A stretch of DNA of 64,000 nt from Lama glama (taxonomy: Eukaryota), in the NCBI GenBank assembly GCA_028534125.1, contig CM052816.1, forward strand, positions 5,458,001-5,522,000, given 5' to 3'. The notes beneath the pieces are model-generated. The model was not told the DNA's origin. It saw only the letters and a list, made by a program, of their open reading frames with translations, and did no database searches. This document shows, in pieces, positions 22,946 to 37,530 of this stretch (position 1 is the stretch's first letter; every line of letters starts with the position of its first letter). The translations under genes and the position numbers were made by a program.

Positions 22946-25439
22946 CCAGCAAATTTCAGTGGGTCCAGAGGTCTCAGCTAGGTCTAACATCAAGGAATGA
23001 ATAAAGAAAGCAAGGCTTGGTGGTCTTTACTGGCAATGAGGGGTCTGCACTCTTGAGGAGAAGGCTGAACGCATTGGTCAACAACCTGCTGGTGAGCAAT
23101 GGAGCCACCAGAATGTTAAGATTCTTCCCTGCTAGGAAACTGAGGCCTGGAGAGGGAGCAGCTCCATCTGTTACTGCCCCGCTCATTCACTCACCAATGC
23201 ACCGTGGTCTCTTCCCCTCAGTCTGTCCGACAGGAACAACAACCCCCCACCCCCACCCCCACCCCTAAAAGTCCTTGACTAACCCCATTATGGGCAATAG
23301 GAGACGTCTATTGTTTTCACCTCCTCAGTTAACAACACCCTGATATTCTTTGGGGATTTAACCTTGGCTTCCCAGGTGAGAGGCTGGATCAGAGCTGACT
23401 CCACCCTCAGCTACTGGCTTAGCCAATCAGAGCAGGCTATCCACTCCTGCTACAGAGATTGGTCTAGGGATGAATACTTGACCTACCTAAGACAAAATAA
23501 AAAAAACTGCGTTTGAATTCTGTATTTTTTAAAATCAGGAAGTAGTGATCCCTTCCAGACCCACCATGAGGAGTGGACTGGAGTCTTAACTCTTGCTCCT
23601 CCCCGCCCCAGGGAGCTGCCATAGCATACATCAGTGGGCTTCCTTACTGTCTCTCTTCCTGTTGGGGTGAGCCGTTGGGGGAGCCAGGGCAGGATACCAA
23701 AGAGAGGGAAAAGAGCTGTAGAGGGTGTTTCTTGTCCTAGCTTCTTTAGTGGGAGGATGCCACAGGCTGCGTGTATCTACCACTAAAGGCCACAGATTCT
23801 GCCGGGCAGGCCCCCACTCTGGATTCTGAGAACTGCCCTCCCCTCGTCCTTCAGGCCTAGGTTTGGACAGCACATCACTGTTTCTAGGCCCAGGATACTG
23901 CACTGTCCCTTGTTGTTACCCTATACCCTGTCCAACTGTCCTCTTAGGAAACTTGCCTCACAGTTCCCAGAGTGGGAGAACTATGCATTTTTTGAGGCCC
24001 TGACTGAATCAAGTGGGGAAGCTTCCTGAGAACCTGAGAACAGCACCAACAGACAGGAAAGTGAAGCTGAGAGATCACCCAGTTACCAAGCCAACCTCTG
24101 ATGTCATCCTGGCCTCCACTCCAACTTACCTCCCACATTCAAACAATTACCTAATAATGCTGGTTTTATTGCCTAATAAATTTTAAATGTATCCTTTCCC
24201 CTCTAGGCCTACAATATGAGACATATTTCAGGTGCCTGCAAGAAGAATCCCTGATCAGAGCCCTGTTGCCTCACATGGCCAGATCCTCTACCTTGTGCAT
24301 GGGCTGGCCTTTGGCCTATGATTTGCCTGACCTGGATCAAAAGGATGAACAGAGACACTTAGCCTCTGTCTCACAAATTGGAATCAAGTGGCACAGAGGG
24401 AAGAGGGCAGTTGGTTGTGGTCCCTGAAAGTGGAAGTGGCATCAGGGTGGAGAATACTCTTGGGGCACACACAAGACAATATGGGAAAGCAGAAACCGTC
24501 AATAACACAGGAAGTGATTAAAAAAAAAAAAGACAATAGGGCAGAGGTGCAAGGAGCAGAGATGCTGAGAGAGACAATTATGAAAGGTAACTGCCTTGGC
24601 TCCTGGTTTTCTAGGTCAAGTCCAGGTTTCTGGGATGCTTGCTTGAATCCCTGACCTAGGGCTTCTGTGAGGTTCCCTGCTGTATACCCTTTCCTTGAAG
24701 TTGCGAGTGAGTCTCTGTCCGTTATGATCAAAGGAGCCTTGGCCCTGATACCCTAATCTCCAAGTCCAAGTTAAAGCCTTTATCATCTTTCACTTGAATT
24801 GCGGCAGTAGTCTCCTAACTCCTTTGCCACTTCAGTCCTTCATCTCTTAAGATCCATCCTCCCCACCATAGTGACTATTCTGGACTTGCCACGTTGCTTC
24901 CTGCTGGTGGTCTCCCAATTGTCTTCACAATAAAGTTGAAGTTGCTGCCTTGCACTCTGTGCAAAACTGCTAGTCGTTCCTTACCTTAATCCTGTCATCT
25001 CTCACCCCATGTCCTTGCTGGTGCTGTGCCCTCCTGCAGGGCTGCCCTTCACATCCTTCTGCGTGGATGAATTCTTACCCAGCTTAGATCTCCTCCCTCA
25101 CCGCCTCACTAACTCCTTCCTTTTCCCACCCAGTGGCACAAAGAGCCCATGCTACTTGGGTAGTCTTCCCCATACGTAGTTACTTGTGTAATTTCCTTCC
25201 TTAGCATTTACATATTAATAAAGGTGATGGGGACGCTGTTCGCTGACACCGATGGAGCTCTCACTACATACCAAACTCTAAGTTAGCACTTTACAAACAT
25301 TGTCTCCTTTAATCCTCACCAAAACCCTCGGGAGTAGGTTCAATTATTATTCTTATTTTCCAGAAGAGCACACTGAATCAGAGAGGTCAACTGACTTGTC
25401 CAAGTAGGAAGGGGTAGATTCAGGTCTACTGTTTATTTC

Positions 25440-25625
25440 TCTTCTTTTTCATAGCAGCTTTACTGAGATATAATTCATGTGCCATTCAATCCATACACTC
25501 ACTTCAAATGTACAATTCAAATGGATTTTAGTGTATTCCTAGAGTTGTGTGTAACAACCACCACAATCAGTTTTCGAACATTTTCATCACCCCAAAAAGA
25601 AACTCATACTGATTAACTACTCATT
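25440..25625 (-). mobile_element. L1MB 3' end fragment
   Basis: CAGCTTTACTGAGATATAATTCA...GAACATTTTCATCACCCCAAAAAGAAAC. Confidence 0.75.
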
Positions 25626-28600
25626 TTTCTTGCTGCTACTCTCGGCAGCTGGCATGGTGCCCAGCACGGAGTATCTATTCAGCCAGCGCTTGTTGAAGAA
25701 TGGATGGCTGCCCTACGTAAGAGGACAGTGGAAGGTGCAGAGAGACCTTCTTTGTGCAAAGCCCTTTGCATCTCAGCATCAATCAAGGGATTTGCCCAAT
25801 TCTTCAGTTTATTTATTTTATGCTATTTCTCTCTAGTAATAACCACCACTTACGATCTTTTATGTGCCAAACCATACACTGAGTGATTTGCCTATGTTAT
25901 CTGATTAATACTCATGACAACACCTGGGAATAGGTATTGTTGCATCCATAATACAGATAAGAAAATCAAGGCTTGGGGATTTTGTTAATCTGCCCAAAGT
26001 CATACAACTTGCAATCACCAGCATCCTAACATTATGTAGACTACTACCACCTGTAATTAAACACAACCATGACTAGGCTCTATCCTAAGTTCTTTATGTC
26101 CATCACCCATTGATTCATTTAGTCATTCATTCAATAGATATATATTGAGACCCTACTACCTACCAGGCACTATGCTAGAGATTCAGTGGTGGGCAAACAG
26201 ATCAGTTGTGGTCTCACAGGGTCACGGTCTAGTGGCAGAAAAGATGTTATAAGAAAATGAACAATTGTATTTGGTGGGAGGAAGGAGAAAGGTCCTCATG
26301 GCTGTTGGGGGGCAGAACTGATACTAGAATTTAATACTGTTGGAATCCAGTCCAACAGTCTTTCTGCAAAGTTACACTAGCATGACTTCCCTAGGCCATT
26401 CTAATGGGATGCTGGTTTTGCTAATGGCCCTCTGGGCAGTGCTTGTCCCTGTAGGAGGTGTGCAGTAAACAGGTCCCCACCACTTACTGTGGGCAGCCTG
26501 TATGCATGGGCACACACACACACACACACAGCCACCCAGATTCACAGCTGCAGAGAGCTAGGAGAGAGCCAATACAGTGAGCTTTGCAAATGCCCTCTAT
26601 TCTCAGCTAGGGAATCTGAGTTTAAAGAGCACTTTTGTATACTCTCTGCTGCACTCTGCTTTTATCACATAAACGATCCCGGAGATTTTGCCATATAAAT
26701 ACAGGGAGGTTGTCCCATTCTTTTTTTTTCCAGTTGCAAAGTATCCCACAGTGTGTGAATAAATCAAGGTTCACCAGTCCCCAAATCTCAAAAGGAGATT
26801 TGAAATTGTTCTCAATTTTGGGCTATTAAAATAATGCCATAATGAATAACCTTGTGCATATCTTGTTCTATAGCGTGGAGCTGAATCTTCAGGGGAAATC
26901 CCTAGAAGTAAGATTTGCTAGGTCAAAGGGTAAATGCATCTGTAGTTTTAGAAGATTCCCCACCATAGGGATCGAATCTTTTTGCACTCCCATCAGCAAT
27001 GTATGAGAGGACCTGAATCTTCACAGCCTAGGTCTACATAGTATTTTTTAAAGCATGCATTTTATATAAAAACTTACACTCCCAACTTCTCTTAAAAATT
27101 GCGAAATTTGGAAACATTGGGCCTATCTTCCTACATGGTTGGAATGAGCTGGAGCTGAGCGGCCACGGATCCCTGATGTGGTCCAGCCGCTTCATTATGA
27201 AGATGAGGCCCACAGATTCTTAGAGGAAACTGGGGACTAGAACCCAGTCTCCTACCTCCCCATTCACTACACCATGTGGCCTCAGGAGTAAGTATGAGAG
27301 GGATGAGTAGTGGGGATGGGGGGAAGTGTATAATAGCACTGACAATTCAGTATTAAAATTGGAATTTTTTTTTTTTTTTAGTATTTAGTTAGCTCAGTAA
27401 ATATATCACACCACCCTGTAGTTGATTAAACTGTGACTAGTCCACATAGAGCACAGTGACAAATTGGCTTCTATTTCTTCTGAGCAACCAAAAAAAGGGC
27501 TGATGTCGCAGCAGGATTCAGGTTATACACTCATTCATTCCCTCATTCATTAAATGCAAACTGTATGCCAGCCCTCGATCCAGACACTGGGGCTTCAAAG
27601 ATGAACAAGCATTTAAACACAGGGATCTGAGCAGACAACTATGCTAAAACTTGATATCAATTGGTAAGTGTTTTATTGGAGGAATGTAAAGGCTGCCATG
27701 AGAGCCCAAAGAAGAGAGCTTATTCTGCTCAGGGGCCCATGGGAGAGGTCACAAGGAAGGTGATGTTTGGGTAGATTCTGAAAGACATGTAGGAGTTTGC
27801 TAAGAAAAGGCAGGAACATGAGAAAGATTTCTTGCATGTTCAAGGACAAGATTCCTCCCCAGAAAGTAGCATAAAACCAGTTCAAAAAAGATTTGGGCAA
27901 TAAACAAATAAGTAGAGAAAGAGAAAAAGAATGAAAGAAATGTCCTTCCTTATTTAATTGAGACATGAAGGGGAGTTTGCCTTCAGGCACAGAAAGATCC
28001 AGGTGATCAAAGGATGTCATCACACCTCAGAAACTTTCTTAACTCTGCTTCTTCCTTCTATGTTCTTTGCCCTTGGGCAGCTTACTCTCTCCAGGTGACA
28101 GGGTGCCTGCTGGTAACTCCAGGTTTACATTATCCTGACAGCTAGCAATGCCAGGGGAATCTAAATTCTCCTTTCCAACAGCTTCACTAAAAATCCTAAG
28201 ACTGAGTTTTATGGACAAAGTCTGGGTTGCTCACTTACCCTGGCCCCAAAGGAAACCCAGAGGAAGGACAGACAGATGCTGGCTGGGCAAGACCACCAGA
28301 TCTCGAAGCGATGATGGATTGGGGTGCATCTGTCTCTCAAGAGGTGGAGAAGTCTCTAGATCGTGGAATTGGACACATATCCCTGTCTCCGAGATGGGAA
28401 GACAAGAGCTCAAGCTTCCTAGGCTGCAAAGATTGAGGACGAAGGAGCAAGAACTGGAATTCCAGTCTCTTAGGTCAAATGACTTCTTCATTTTATTAAG
28501 GAGGGAATTAAGGCCCAGAAAAGGGAAATGTCTTGTCCATAGTCCTACAATGAAGTGGTGGCAGAGTCCAGGAGAAGCCCTGGGGCCCCAGATCCCAGGA

Positions 28601-28830
28601 CCCTCATAGAGTGAGCAATTGCATATCCAAGCAGGCAAAAAGAGCTTGGAGAGGGATGTGGACATTTCTAGGAACCCCTGGGACCACTCACTTTGCAGTA
28701 GATGCCACAGCCTGCAGGCCCAGGTGACACTGTCTACCCCAGACATGTACCTTGTTATTTGGCCCCAGGCCTCATAATGTCATTGCAACAGGCTCCTGGG
28801 CCCCCTGTGGGCCAAATGACTCAAGGACAC

Positions 28831-29248
28831 TGTTAAAGGCTGAATTGCATGGTCCCCAAATTCATATGTTGAAGCCCTAAACTTCCCCTCCACCCCTAGT
28901 AGTTCAGAATCTGACTGTATTTGGATATAAGGCCTTTAAAGAGGTAATTCAGTTAAAAGGAGGCCCTTAGGGTGGGCCCTAATCCAATGGGACTGGTGTC
29001 CTTCTAAGAAGAGAAAATTTGGACACCCAGAGAGACACCAGGGCGAGGTGCACAGAAGAAAATCCATGTGAGGACAGAAGGAGAAAGTGGCCATCTGCAA
29101 GCCAAGGAAAGAGGCCTCAAAAGAAACCAAATCTACCGAGACCTTGAACTTGGACTTCTAGCCTCCAGAACTATGAGAAAAGAACCTTCTGTGTTTACAT
29201 TACCCACTCTGTGGTACTTTGTTATGGCAGCCCCAGGAAACTAACACA
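28831..29248 (+). mobile_element. MaLR solo LTR (MLT1B-like), complete with TSD
   Basis: TGTTAAAGGCTGAATTG...CCCCAAATTCATATGTTGAAGCCCTAA...GTTATGGCAGCCCCAGGAAACTAACACA; TG...CA ends; 5-bp TSD GACAC (28826-28830, 29249-29253). Confidence 0.92.
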
Positions 29249-31761
29249 GACACCAAGCGCTACTGAGGGCAGTTAAAAGCAGATGACAACTGAAACAAAC
29301 AGAAAGCAGGAGAAAAAGAAGGGGTGGGGTTGGGGGGAACTGAGGATGAAAATGGGGCAGGGAAGGGGGAGGAGTCTGAACATGGAGGGAGCAGAGATGC
29401 TCAAGCCAGAAAAGTTCAGTCAGCATCCAGTTTTCTACAGTAATCAGCCAGGTTGTATAACTATTTAAGAATTTCATTTTCAGCAATGAGATATTTTGTG
29501 CATACGGTCACAGAATTAAACAGTTCAGAGAACTTATAATAAACAGCAACTGACCCTCCCCATAACTGTCCCTCCCCTAACCATGTCCTATTCCCCAGAG
29601 ACCAACTTCTTTTAAACTGTTTCTGCTTTTATCCCTGGCTAACCTTCACTGAGTGCTTGTCATGGGCCAAGCCCTGTGCTAAACCTTTTATGCACATTGT
29701 TTCCATGAGTGCTCACCACAACCCCAAGGGGTAGGTATCATCCTTATGCCCATTTTACAGATGGGAAAACTAAGGTGTAGCAAAGTGAAGTGATCTGCTT
29801 AAGGTCACACAGTTGGTAAGCAACAGAAATGGAATTTCGTCTCAGGATGTTGGGCTCCAGACACCTGAGTGCTCTTAATCATCCACCTCTGGTGGTTCCT
29901 GTCAAAGCTTTATTACCTGTGCTCCTTGATATATCAACTCTAGACAGTATCTATTGACTTTTTAGTATGATTGACGAGGGTTTAGCTCACTTAACCCTTC
30001 TGTCTTCTGCCTATAAATCTCAGATAGATACACTACAATATCTAGTTCTGTTATGGGTACCTTAGGGGTTTTAAATAATACTCATTAGCCTCAATCCCTA
30101 GTTTCTCCTCTACAAACATTTGTTGATGGGTTGTGTGGGGTCACCTGTGAGTTGGGTGAGGGAAAGGCCATCCCCAATTTTCTTCTTACCCATTCCCATC
30201 CACCGTAGCCCCCAGCAGGTGCTTGATAAGTATCTGTGCAACAGAATCAATGCAGAGAAACTTAGCACCAAAGGTGGGGGATGACCAGGAAGTCTCAGCC
30301 AGGGGGAGGGCATGATAATTGTGGCCTGCAATGTCAACCTGACTTCTTGGGAGACACAGCCTCCCGCTGAGGAGGGAACAAGGAGCTATAAAATGGAAAT
30401 TGCAGGAGAATCATTTCAGAGCAGCTGTCAGAAAGCACTTCCCCCAGTGGAGACAGCAATGATCTCGTTGGAAGGTTGTCTCACACCTGGGCCTGTCCTG
30501 CTGATTTGCAGGGAGGCCACCAAGGCACGCCACACAGGCCTCTGGCCATCTGCCCCTTGTGGGAAACACGGGGTTTTCTGCAAGCCCCAGTTCCACAGTG
30601 GGCTTTCTGAAAAGGACGTCAGGGGCTACATCCTAAGAAGGTGTCTTCCATAGACTGGAGAATCTGGACCTGCGTTCCTGTGAAGAGCCCCACAGGTGAG
30701 CATAAAGGCTACCTGCTGTAGGGTCCTTGATCTGTCCTTCTGCCTGTAGCACCCTCTTCCCTTTTAGCCTAGCTGATTCTTACTTATCTTTTGCACTTTG
30801 GGACAGGGGACACCACCTTAGGGAAGACTTCCAAACCCCCCAAGCTGGGTCACATTCCCCTATTACATATGCTGTAAGTATTTTCTCATCATAGCACTTA
30901 GCACAGTTACAATGCTGCATTCACTAGACTCATTACTTGTGTAAAGTCGGCCTCACCCACTAGATGGGGACCATCTCTGCTCACTACTGTTTCCCCAGTA
31001 CGTACATAGCACAGCACCCAGCATATGGTAGGTACTCAGCAAGCATTTCTTAATTGAATGGAAGAGTGAATGAACAAGTCTTCATTCAACCCCTTAAATC
31101 AAATGGTTCATTTATGGGAGGTTTAGCCTGCTCAACCCAGCATCTCTTTTGCACCTGGAAAGAAGAGGATGAAACTTTCAGACCCTGAGTGCCCCAGTCC
31201 AGTCTCGTGATTTGCCTTCTGAAAATGCAGTGACTCTCCAGTGACTCACGCTGACTCCTGGGGGACAGCTACCCCCCCTTCCTCTCCATTGCTCCAGCCC
31301 TCCCCTGTCATTCTGTCACCAAGCCGGGTCTCTTCACTTTCTACCTCAGTGATTCTCAGCCCTGGCGGTGGCTGACTGAACGGGGAACCTCATTAATCAT
31401 ACAGAGGCTTGAGTTTCTGATTCAGGGACAGCAGTCTCCTCACTGGTCTCTTGGGGCTCCAGGCTTGGGGTCCCCAATCCATCCACCACGAAGCAGCCTG
31501 CCACAGAGATCTTTCTAGAATGAAAGCCTAATCATGTGACTCTTCTGCCTCAAACTTCCCATTGCCTCCTACTGCCATCAGGACAAGCCCCGACTCTCAG
31601 AGATTCTCCCAAGACCCTGCTGACTTTCCCAGACTCACCTCCTTCTTGGTCCTTGCCACCTCACACTCTGCTCTGACATGGGGGCCATCCCAAGGGCCTG
31701 AACAGGCTGGGACATGTTCTTCCCTTCCCCCAAGTCTCTGCACAACCTCTGTCCTGCCCAG

Positions 31762-32171
31762 TGGTAGAGAAAAATCTATTCTGACACTTGTTAAACTGCT
31801 AACGAAGACTATACCCAGGACTGTTGCAATAGAGCTCAACTCAAGACACAACAGTCGGCTGGGAATTTATAGACAATGAGCAGAGTGAAGGAGTCAACAG
31901 ATGGAAAATTACTAAGAGGAGGCATCAAGGGTAGGGAGATTCTTGCTACACTGGCTCAACAGTATTCTCACTAAGTCAGGCCAAGGGCTGTGACATCAAG
32001 GATGAGGGATGAGAAATTCGACAAGATCCCAAGGGTGAGGGGATGACTTAGCAGGATTCTTTACTAAGACTGGGCTTGGTAGACCAGAGACAGGATCAAA
32101 GTCACAGCCTAGTGGAGAAGAGGGCTCAGAGGAGCCTGACAAAAGTTTGGACAAGGAGAGAGCCTTCGTCA
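31762..32171 (-). mobile_element. ERV1 solo LTR, MER31-like, with TSD
   Basis: Minus strand starts TGACGAAGGCTCTCTCCTTGTCCAAACTTTTGTCAGGCTCCTCTGAGCCCTCTTCTC; 4-bp TSD CCAG (31758-31761, 32172-32175); sits inside an L2 remnant. Confidence 0.88.
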
Positions 32172-32526
32172 CCAGCAACACTTTACTGTGTTCGGCTCTG
32201 CATCATACAACGCCTGCTTCTCCAAGCTTCTGTTGGGGCAGAGCTGCCTCTAGGAAGGCTTAGCTGATGCCTCTCCACCACACAGCGCCCTCTGCCTGTC
32301 CTGTATCAGCATTTAGAGTATCCTCATGCGGTGATCTGCTTACTTGCCTGCTCCTGAGTTAGACTGTGAGCAACTTGAAGGCAGAGACTACATTTTGAAT
32401 CCCCAGTGCCTAACACGGTGCTTGACTCTCAACAAATATTTGCTGAATGAATGCACACTGTTGAACACAACTCTCACGGATCACCGCTCTGCTCTGAAAC
32501 AATCAATGACTCGGTTTCACCTGCAT

Positions 32527-32705
32527 CAGTGGTTCTCAGCCTTCAGTGAGCCTCAGACTCATCAGGAAAGCTTGTTAAGCACAGAGTGCTAGGTCCCCCT
32601 CCAGAGTTTCCAGTTCAGGACCGGGGCCTGGGAATCTGCATGTCTAACAACAGGTCAGGTCTGAACCTGCTGCTGCTGGTTCAGATGGCACTTTGATAAT
32701 CACTG
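32527..32705. mobile_element. hAT-Charlie MER5A
   Basis: TIRs CAGTGGTTCTCA...TGATAATCACTG, ~180 bp; second MER5-like remnant at ~34173-34340. Confidence 0.85.
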
Positions 32706-35700
32706 ACCTATACAGTTGCAGCTGATATCACCCCTGAGTGGGATGAATCAGACTATTTTTAAAATCCAAAGATAATAAGATTTAATAAGGAAACTTCAGG
32801 TGAAGTGTGAAGCAGATATGACCTCATGATCTAGGTGACCTTCCCTGCCTAAAGTAAAAGATTCTCTCCCTCTCTCTCTCTCTTGTTTGTGGGCTGGAGC
32901 AGTAGCTCAAGACTTCACTTCCTTGCCCCATGCTTCATTTGTGGTGGGAGGAGCTGCCTCCCAGCCCCCTCTGCCAGGCCTGGTGCCAGGCTGAGAGCAG
33001 GGACCGCAATGCCCAGGCGGCTGACTGGCATACTAATGCAGCGTACCTCTCCCATGTCAGCCCCCATGATCAGCTATGGTACAAATGGATTCAGTGGGCA
33101 GAGACAGCCAGAGAGGGGCCATGACCAGAGCAGGCTGCCCAGAATGACTCTACCCAGCCCAAGGGGCCGAGGTGCAGCTGTTTGCAGGGCACATGGACAG
33201 AGCTGGGAAGTGAGGGCTATGGTGTTTACATGTATGTGAGGCCTCTAGGGTGTGGGGCAGAGTCAAGTGTGGAAGGAGAAGGGGGCCATGCAAGGAGCCA
33301 GGGCTGGGGGCTAGCTCTCCCCACATTGCCAAGTTCCAGGGAAGAGCTCCTCCAAATGCTAAATCTGAACTTGGCCTTTTAGGCCACGATGAAAGAATAT
33401 TTGTCAAGATAGGAAGATAGAACTTTTCTTTTTAACAGTTATCTTTATTTCTAACTTCTAACTATTCAGACATGTGCTATGTGGGCCTCCACTTATACCC
33501 TTGCTCACACCCAGCAAGCGTTTGTGGTGGGCCTGACTACAGGAGTGACCAGGTGAGGTGAACAGCCTATAGAGGCAAGACTGCTCCCTGAGGGTCTGTG
33601 AGGTTCCCCGGGGCCAGAATCATCACCTGGAAGCCCCCCCACCACGTAGCCCTGCCTTCCCAGGGACTGGCCTGTACTCCTCAAAAGCACCTGGAGAGAT
33701 GTCTCTCCTACGAGGTGAGGGTGAAAACAGGTTCCATAGTCAAATGACAGCAACTTTGCTCCCTGAGATCAAGGAAGAGGCTTGGACCCGGGAGGTTTAG
33801 ATCTGGAGTTCCCATCAAGTTGTCAGACCATGGTCAGGGGTGCAAAGTCAGACAAACCTCGGTGCTGCCACTTCCCAGATGTATTTCTTTGGCATGTCAA
33901 CAATCTCACTTTCCTCGCTTGTTAAATGGAGGTAATTGTAGTGCCTGCACATAGAGGGATTATGCCAAAGCCTCTAGTACAGGCGGGTACTTAGGAAGTG
34001 TTAGCTAGCTGTTATTTGTGATTTCCTGGGTGGGTTCATCCCTATTTGATGTGGCTTCCTCCCCAATCAGCCCTACACTTGGCAGAGTTTGACAGGTTGG
34101 AGAAGTTTGTCCTCCGAGTTCCTGGCTTTCCCTTTGGACATTCTCTGCATGTGGGCACCCTTCCAATTCATTTCAGGGGCCCGCAACTCTCACAGATCAG
34201 GCTTTCTTATCAATGCATATTCCTAGGTCCCTGGCTTGGAGATTCTGACTCACCAGGTCAGGGCTGGGCCCAGGAATCTGCATTTTAATGAGCTCCCTAG
34301 ATGATTTTTGACCCAAGAGGTGACTCTTGGAAAAACACTGTAGCTGGGAAAGTGGACTGAAAGGCTGAACCAGGAGCAGCTGCTGGAAGGCAGATTCCCA
34401 TTCAATCTGAAGCACTTTTCTAAGTGTCAGAGCTGCCCAAGAATGGAATAAGCTGCCCTAAGAAGTAGTGAGCCCCCTGGCAAGGAAGGTGTGCAAGAAA
34501 ATGCCAGATAAAATACCTGACAGAGATGGGCAGGGGCTGACACCTTAGCTCAGGAGTTGGAGTTAATCTGAGATTCTATCTTCTTTAACAATCTTGTTTT
34601 TGGTCTCAGGAAATGCTCCGTCGGTTCTTCACACTGTGTCACCATGCTCTCCTTCCCAGGGCTATCTGGGGTCGAGTCTTATGCTTCAGTATGGAAGAAA
34701 TGTGTTTGTGTCCTAGGACAAGACACTGGGGAGGAAGATCATTCCGGGCTGTCCCACTCAACTGCGCCAACAGAGGGAACCCTCATCTCGACCCCTGAGA
34801 AGGAGGAGCCCTGTCTCCCGCCTCTTGTACCCCCTGACCTCCCATCTCCCCTCCTTCTCCATCCTCACACATGATTTAGAAAAGGAACTGAAAGCCAAGG
34901 AAGATGTGGAGTCAGCTTGAGACTGTGCTCCAGAGACGACTTGGAGCCACCGTGCCCTGCAGTAACTGTGCCTAACGCCGCGTGTAATCACTGCCATGTG
35001 TCTCTGTCAAGAACGCGTGTGCGCTTCAGTGCGGCCCCTGGAAACTCCCCCATCAGGACCCTCTGAGCCAAAAACAAATGGACAAGTTAGGACAGTGATA
35101 AATTCTGCTGTCCTTCTGTTGTCAGACACCCCCTGCAGCAAACCATTTTGGCAGGAGGCAAGGGCAGAGGGCCACCAGGCGGTCAAGTACTAGGCGGCTG
35201 GAGGTGTGGTTGCTCCCCAAGTATATTCTCTCAAAGTGGGGCCTGGCTATCCTTTGTTTGAGCAGATGGGCTGACATGCCAGTGGTTAAGAAACTGAGAG
35301 TGGTTGGGAGAGTAGGAGAGCCATAGGTTTCTTTATCTGCTCATCTGGCCACCAATTCACACCCCAAGTTTGTCTGGCCCTGGGTTTGCTCCCCATATGT
35401 CTGAACCTGGCTAAGTGTCTTCTCACCTGTGTTCTAGAAGCCAGAAAGTGTCCTCCCATTTGAGCTCTGCTGGTATCCTTGGAGACATGATACCCTTGAG
35501 CCAAAAGTGAGAATTTCCTTCTGGGACAGGACCCCCTACCCCCATTCAAGGGCACTGAATTGGTCTCTTCAGGCCCTGCCATCTTTATACCTTGAAAAAT
35601 AGTTCTAGGAATGGTGGCCACATATTGGGCACCTATTACGTGCCACACACAGTGTGGAGACTGCCACATGCATAACCTTGACTGTTTCTAAATGTAAAAC

Positions 35701-35968
35701 TATTAGCTCCATGTTGCAGATAACAAAAGGCACGGGACAGTGATGTGACTTGCCCAGGCCTGTGTGACTTTAAAATCCACAACTGTCTGGGTTGGCAGAG
35801 AGAATAACAGTGAATAAGCCTGAGGACCCTGGATCAGACCCCCACCCTGGGTATGAATCAAGGCTCTGGCTCCTACTAGCTATCAGGATGTTTACTTTCA
35901 CCTCTCTAGGACTTCATTTCTTTCTCTGTAAAATGGGGATATAATAATAATGCCTAATTATTTGTATT

Positions 35969-36444
35969 TATGGTGGGCAGAATAATGGTGGTGCCCCAAA
36001 GGTGTCCACGTCGTAATCCCTAGAACCTCTGACTATGTTGTTTTACGTGACAAAAGGGATTTTGCAGATGTGATTAAGGATCCTGACATGGGGGGACTAT
36101 CCTGGATTATCTAGATGGGTTCTAAATAATGACAAGGGTTCTTCCAGGTGGAAGGCAGGGGTGTCAGTGTCAGAGAGAGAGAGAGATTTGAAGATGCTGT
36201 GCTGGTGGCTCTGACAATGGAGGAAGGTGCCATGAGCCAAGGAATGCAGGAAGCCGTTAGAAGCTAGAAAAGACAAGGAAACAGATTCTCTTCTAGAGCC
36301 TCCAGAAGGAATACAGCCCTGCTAACACTTTGGTTTTAGCCTAGTAAAACCCATCTCAGAGTTCTGATATTCAGAACTGTATTATGTGTTTTAAACCACC
36401 AAGTCTGTGGCAGTGTGTTACTGCAGCAACAGGAAACTAATAAA
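35969..36444 (+). mobile_element. MaLR solo LTR (MLT1D-like)
   Basis: TATGGTGGGCAGAATAATGG...GTCCACGTCGTAATCCCTAGAACC...GCAGCAACAGGAAACTAATAAA; near-TSD GTATT/GTATC. Confidence 0.88.
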
Positions 36445-36929
36445 GTATCACTGAGTTAAAAACATTAGTAAAACACCAGACACATTGGGTTGATTTTACA
36501 AAAGTTCACTGTAAATGCTGCCTCCTGGTTTTACTGTGAGCTTCTTAGTATCTTTCACATCATTGTATTCCAAACATAATTTCTGTAATACTTATAGGTG
36601 TTTTCAATATTTAGTGGATGAATGATAATTTCATTTACTAAAAAGGGGAGGGCAATTCCTGGAAATGGTGGGAAAGACTAGCATTTGGAGTATAAAAGAT
36701 AACTAAGATGGCAACTGAAGTGACCCAAATTTCACTCTAGTTAAGGCATTGATGGCTCTGGTTCAGATCCTGATGGTTCTCTGCAGAGTGATGCATTAAA
36801 TAATTAGCAGCCTTTACCAAGGATTTTACTAGGTGTACCTTGATACATGAATACCTTGATACCCTGAAGCATGCAGCTTCAGACTCACCTTCTATAGGAA
36901 GTCTTCCATCCTCACTCTACTACATTGTG

Positions 36930-37530
36930 ACTGGTGTTCATTGGAACTCTTGGTTACAGGTGGTAGGAATCCAAATCAAACGCATCTGAGAAATAAACAA
37001 ACAAACAAAAGTGGTAACCAAAAATTTTAAAACCAAACATGACCTGAATTTATTGGCTAGCATAACTGAAAATCTCTAGAAGTTGTCTAACTTCAGGTAA
37101 TGCTGGATCCAGGTGTTTAAATGATGTCAATAGGATTTGTTCTCACTACATCCTCAGCTTTGCTTTCCTTTGTGTTGACTTCATTTTCAGGCAGGCTCTG
37201 CCCCTGTGGTACACCCCAGAAAATTCAGGCTTGCGTGTAACCAGCTTAGCAACTTCCGGTGAAAGAGTATCTCTTTCTCAACACTTCTGGCAGAAGTCTT
37301 GGGATGGATTCTGATTGCTCCATCTTGAATCAGATGCCCATTCCTGAACCAATACTGTAGCTATGGAACTGGAACACCCCATGATTAGCCTGAGTTCATG
37401 TGCTAACCATGAAGATGAGACAATCTCACTGGAGCCACATAGACTGAGAATAAGGGAGGAGTGGTACCCAAAGGAAATGGAGAAACTGTTTTCAGAGAAT
37501 AGGAGTTGACGCTAGGCAGGCCCAAACCAT
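36930..37530 (-). mobile_element. Old MaLR LTR (MLT1J/K/L-like)
   Basis: ACTCTTGGTTACAGG...AATTTATTGGCTAGCATAACTGAAAA...CTTCAGGTAATGCTGGATCCAGG; related remnant at ~27880-28320. Confidence 0.55.
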
